From Oscillospiraceae bacterium (GTDB taxonomy: Bacteria > Bacillota > Clostridia > Oscillospirales > CAG-272), in the NCBI GenBank assembly GCA_015063305.1, contig SVUJ01000007.1, positions 15,375 through 79,374 of the forward strand: a stretch of 64,000 nucleotides of DNA. The letters are read 5' to 3'. Under the pieces are notes generated by a model. That model saw nothing but the letters and a program-made list of their open reading frames with translations. It searched no databases and was not told the origin of the DNA. Shown piece after piece: positions 63,090-64,000 of the stretch (within the stretch, counting starts at the first letter, position 1; each line of letters starts with the position of its first letter). Position numbers and translations under genes: made by a program.

Positions 63090-63164
63090 TGGTGACCCGT
63101 ACGGGAATCGAACCCATGTTTCCAGCGTGAGAGGCTAGCGTCTTGACCGCTTGACCAACGGGCC
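63090..63164 (-). tRNA. tRNA-Glu (anticodon CTC), CCA encoded
   Basis: The reverse complement GGCCCGTTGGTCAAGCGGTCAAGACGCTAGCCTCTCACGCTGG...TTCGATTCCCGTACGGGTCACCA folds as a cloverleaf. Anticodon loop is CTCTCAC. Confidence 0.9.
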
Positions 63165-63311
63165 GTACTCTTGACAGCTTTGTTATTATATCACATTCTT
63201 TTTCAAAATGCAATACCTTTTTTAAAAAAAGTTTAAAATTTTTTTGTTATTTTTTTGATCACTTTTTTCAGCAGTGCCGATACCCGTTGTTGGGTGTCGG
63301 CACTGCCTGCT

Positions 63312-64000
63312 TTAATATTCAGCAACTATATTTTCGGTGTACATCGTTCCGAGAGCTTCCTCGACAAGAGCGTCGAAATCAAGCTTTTGCTCCTGCACGA
63401 GAACCTTGGCGAGGTCGGGACGTGTCTTCGGGTGCTTTGGCGTGAATACCGTACAGCAATCCTCATAGGGCAATATAGATGTGTCAAATGTGTTTATGCG
63501 GCGGGCTATCTGGATTATCTCCTCCTTGTCAAGACCGATGCAGGGTCTGAAAACGGGGATATTAACAGCAGAGTCGGTAACGCCGAGCGCCTGCATCGTC
63601 TGAGATGCCACCTGACCCACGCTCTCGCCCGTGATAAGCGCTCCGCAGTCGTGAGAGCGCGCTATCTTCTCGGCAATAGCCATCATATATCTTCTGAGAA
63701 GGAGAGTGAAATAATCCTCCTCGCAGTGCTTCACAAGCTCTTCCTGTATATGCGTGAGCGAAACGATATGTACCTTTATATCTCCCGCGTAAACGGCAAC
63801 AAGACGCGCGAGATCAAGAACCTTTTCCTTGGCGCGCTCGCTGGTGTAGGGGAAGGACTCAAAGTGCACCGCCTCAAGCTTAACTCCGCGCTTAGCAAGC
63901 ATATGACCCGCAACGGGGGAATCTATGCCGCCCGAGAGAAGAAGCAGACCTTTTCCGTTGCTTCCGACGGGCATTCCGCCCGCGCCCTTTGAAACCCCCG
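63312..64000 (-). CDS. thiI: tRNA 4-thiouridine synthase ThiI, C-terminal part (N-terminus beyond the window)
   Basis: PP-loop LSGGIDSPVA. The ORF is open to the window edge. Confidence 0.88.
   Translation of the reverse strand, partial: GVSKGAGGMPVGSNGKGLLLLSGGIDSPVAGHMLAKRGVKLEAVHFESFPYTSERAKEKVLDLARLVAVYAGDIKVHIVSLTHIQEELVKHCEEDYFTLLLRRYMMAIAEKIARSHDCGALITGESVGQVASQTMQALGVTDSAVNIPVFRPCIGLDKEEIIQIARRINTFDTSILPYEDCCTVFTPKHPKTRPDLAKVLVQEQKLDFDALVEEALGTMYTENIVAEY

Overview
About 50% GC (by eye) chromosomal segment of an anaerobic Firmicute, class Clostridia. An Oscillospirales/Ruminococcaceae-like origin is inferred only from gene content and repeat style. Most of the window is housekeeping. 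It opens with the 3' part of SRP RNA, then dnaX-ybaB-recR. Next comes a five-gene regulatory module (DRTGG / HATPase / HydA-like / DRTGG / PHP) directly upstream of a HydABC-type (NuoE/NuoF/HydA) [FeFe]-hydrogenase operon. A minus-strand operon follows: MBL hydrolase, gltX, glnS, DUF1294, MutS paralog. Further genes are rpmB, mtaB, rimO, pgsA, rluC-like, lnt, azlCD, tyrS, rsmA, dxs, wecB, thiI (partial), and tRNA-Pro(TGG), tRNA-Thr(CGT) and tRNA-Glu(CTC). Accessory content falls into five groups. (1) A stand-alone Mrr-type nuclease with a PUA/EVE-like N-domain (23.3-24.3 kb). (2) A two-component system next to an enoate-reductase-like flavoenzyme and two-subunit aconitase X (25.4-31.2 kb). (3) A 39-52 kb envelope region with two paralogous small lipoproteins, a small secreted protein, a stand-alone YwaF/TIGR02206-like membrane protein, the same membrane domain fused to an ABC ATPase, a large ABC permease, a small Ig-domain protein, and a 1520-aa lipoprotein (11 Ig-like repeats plus an unassigned C-terminal domain). 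(4) Several apparently degenerate enzyme homologues (UxaC-like, PurM/PurL-like). (5) Three families of structured intergenic repeats. One is a roughly 115-130 nt multi-hairpin element with compensatory stem changes (3 copies). One is a set of GC-rich 27-bp palindromic units in BIME-like inverted pairs. One is arrays of mini-hairpins punctuated by GTGAAAT at a 20-22 nt period. No CRISPR array, IS element, integrase or prophage genes were recognised. The strongest candidates for something undescribed are the YwaF-ABC fusion operon with its giant lipoprotein and the repeat families. All functional readings of these are inference.
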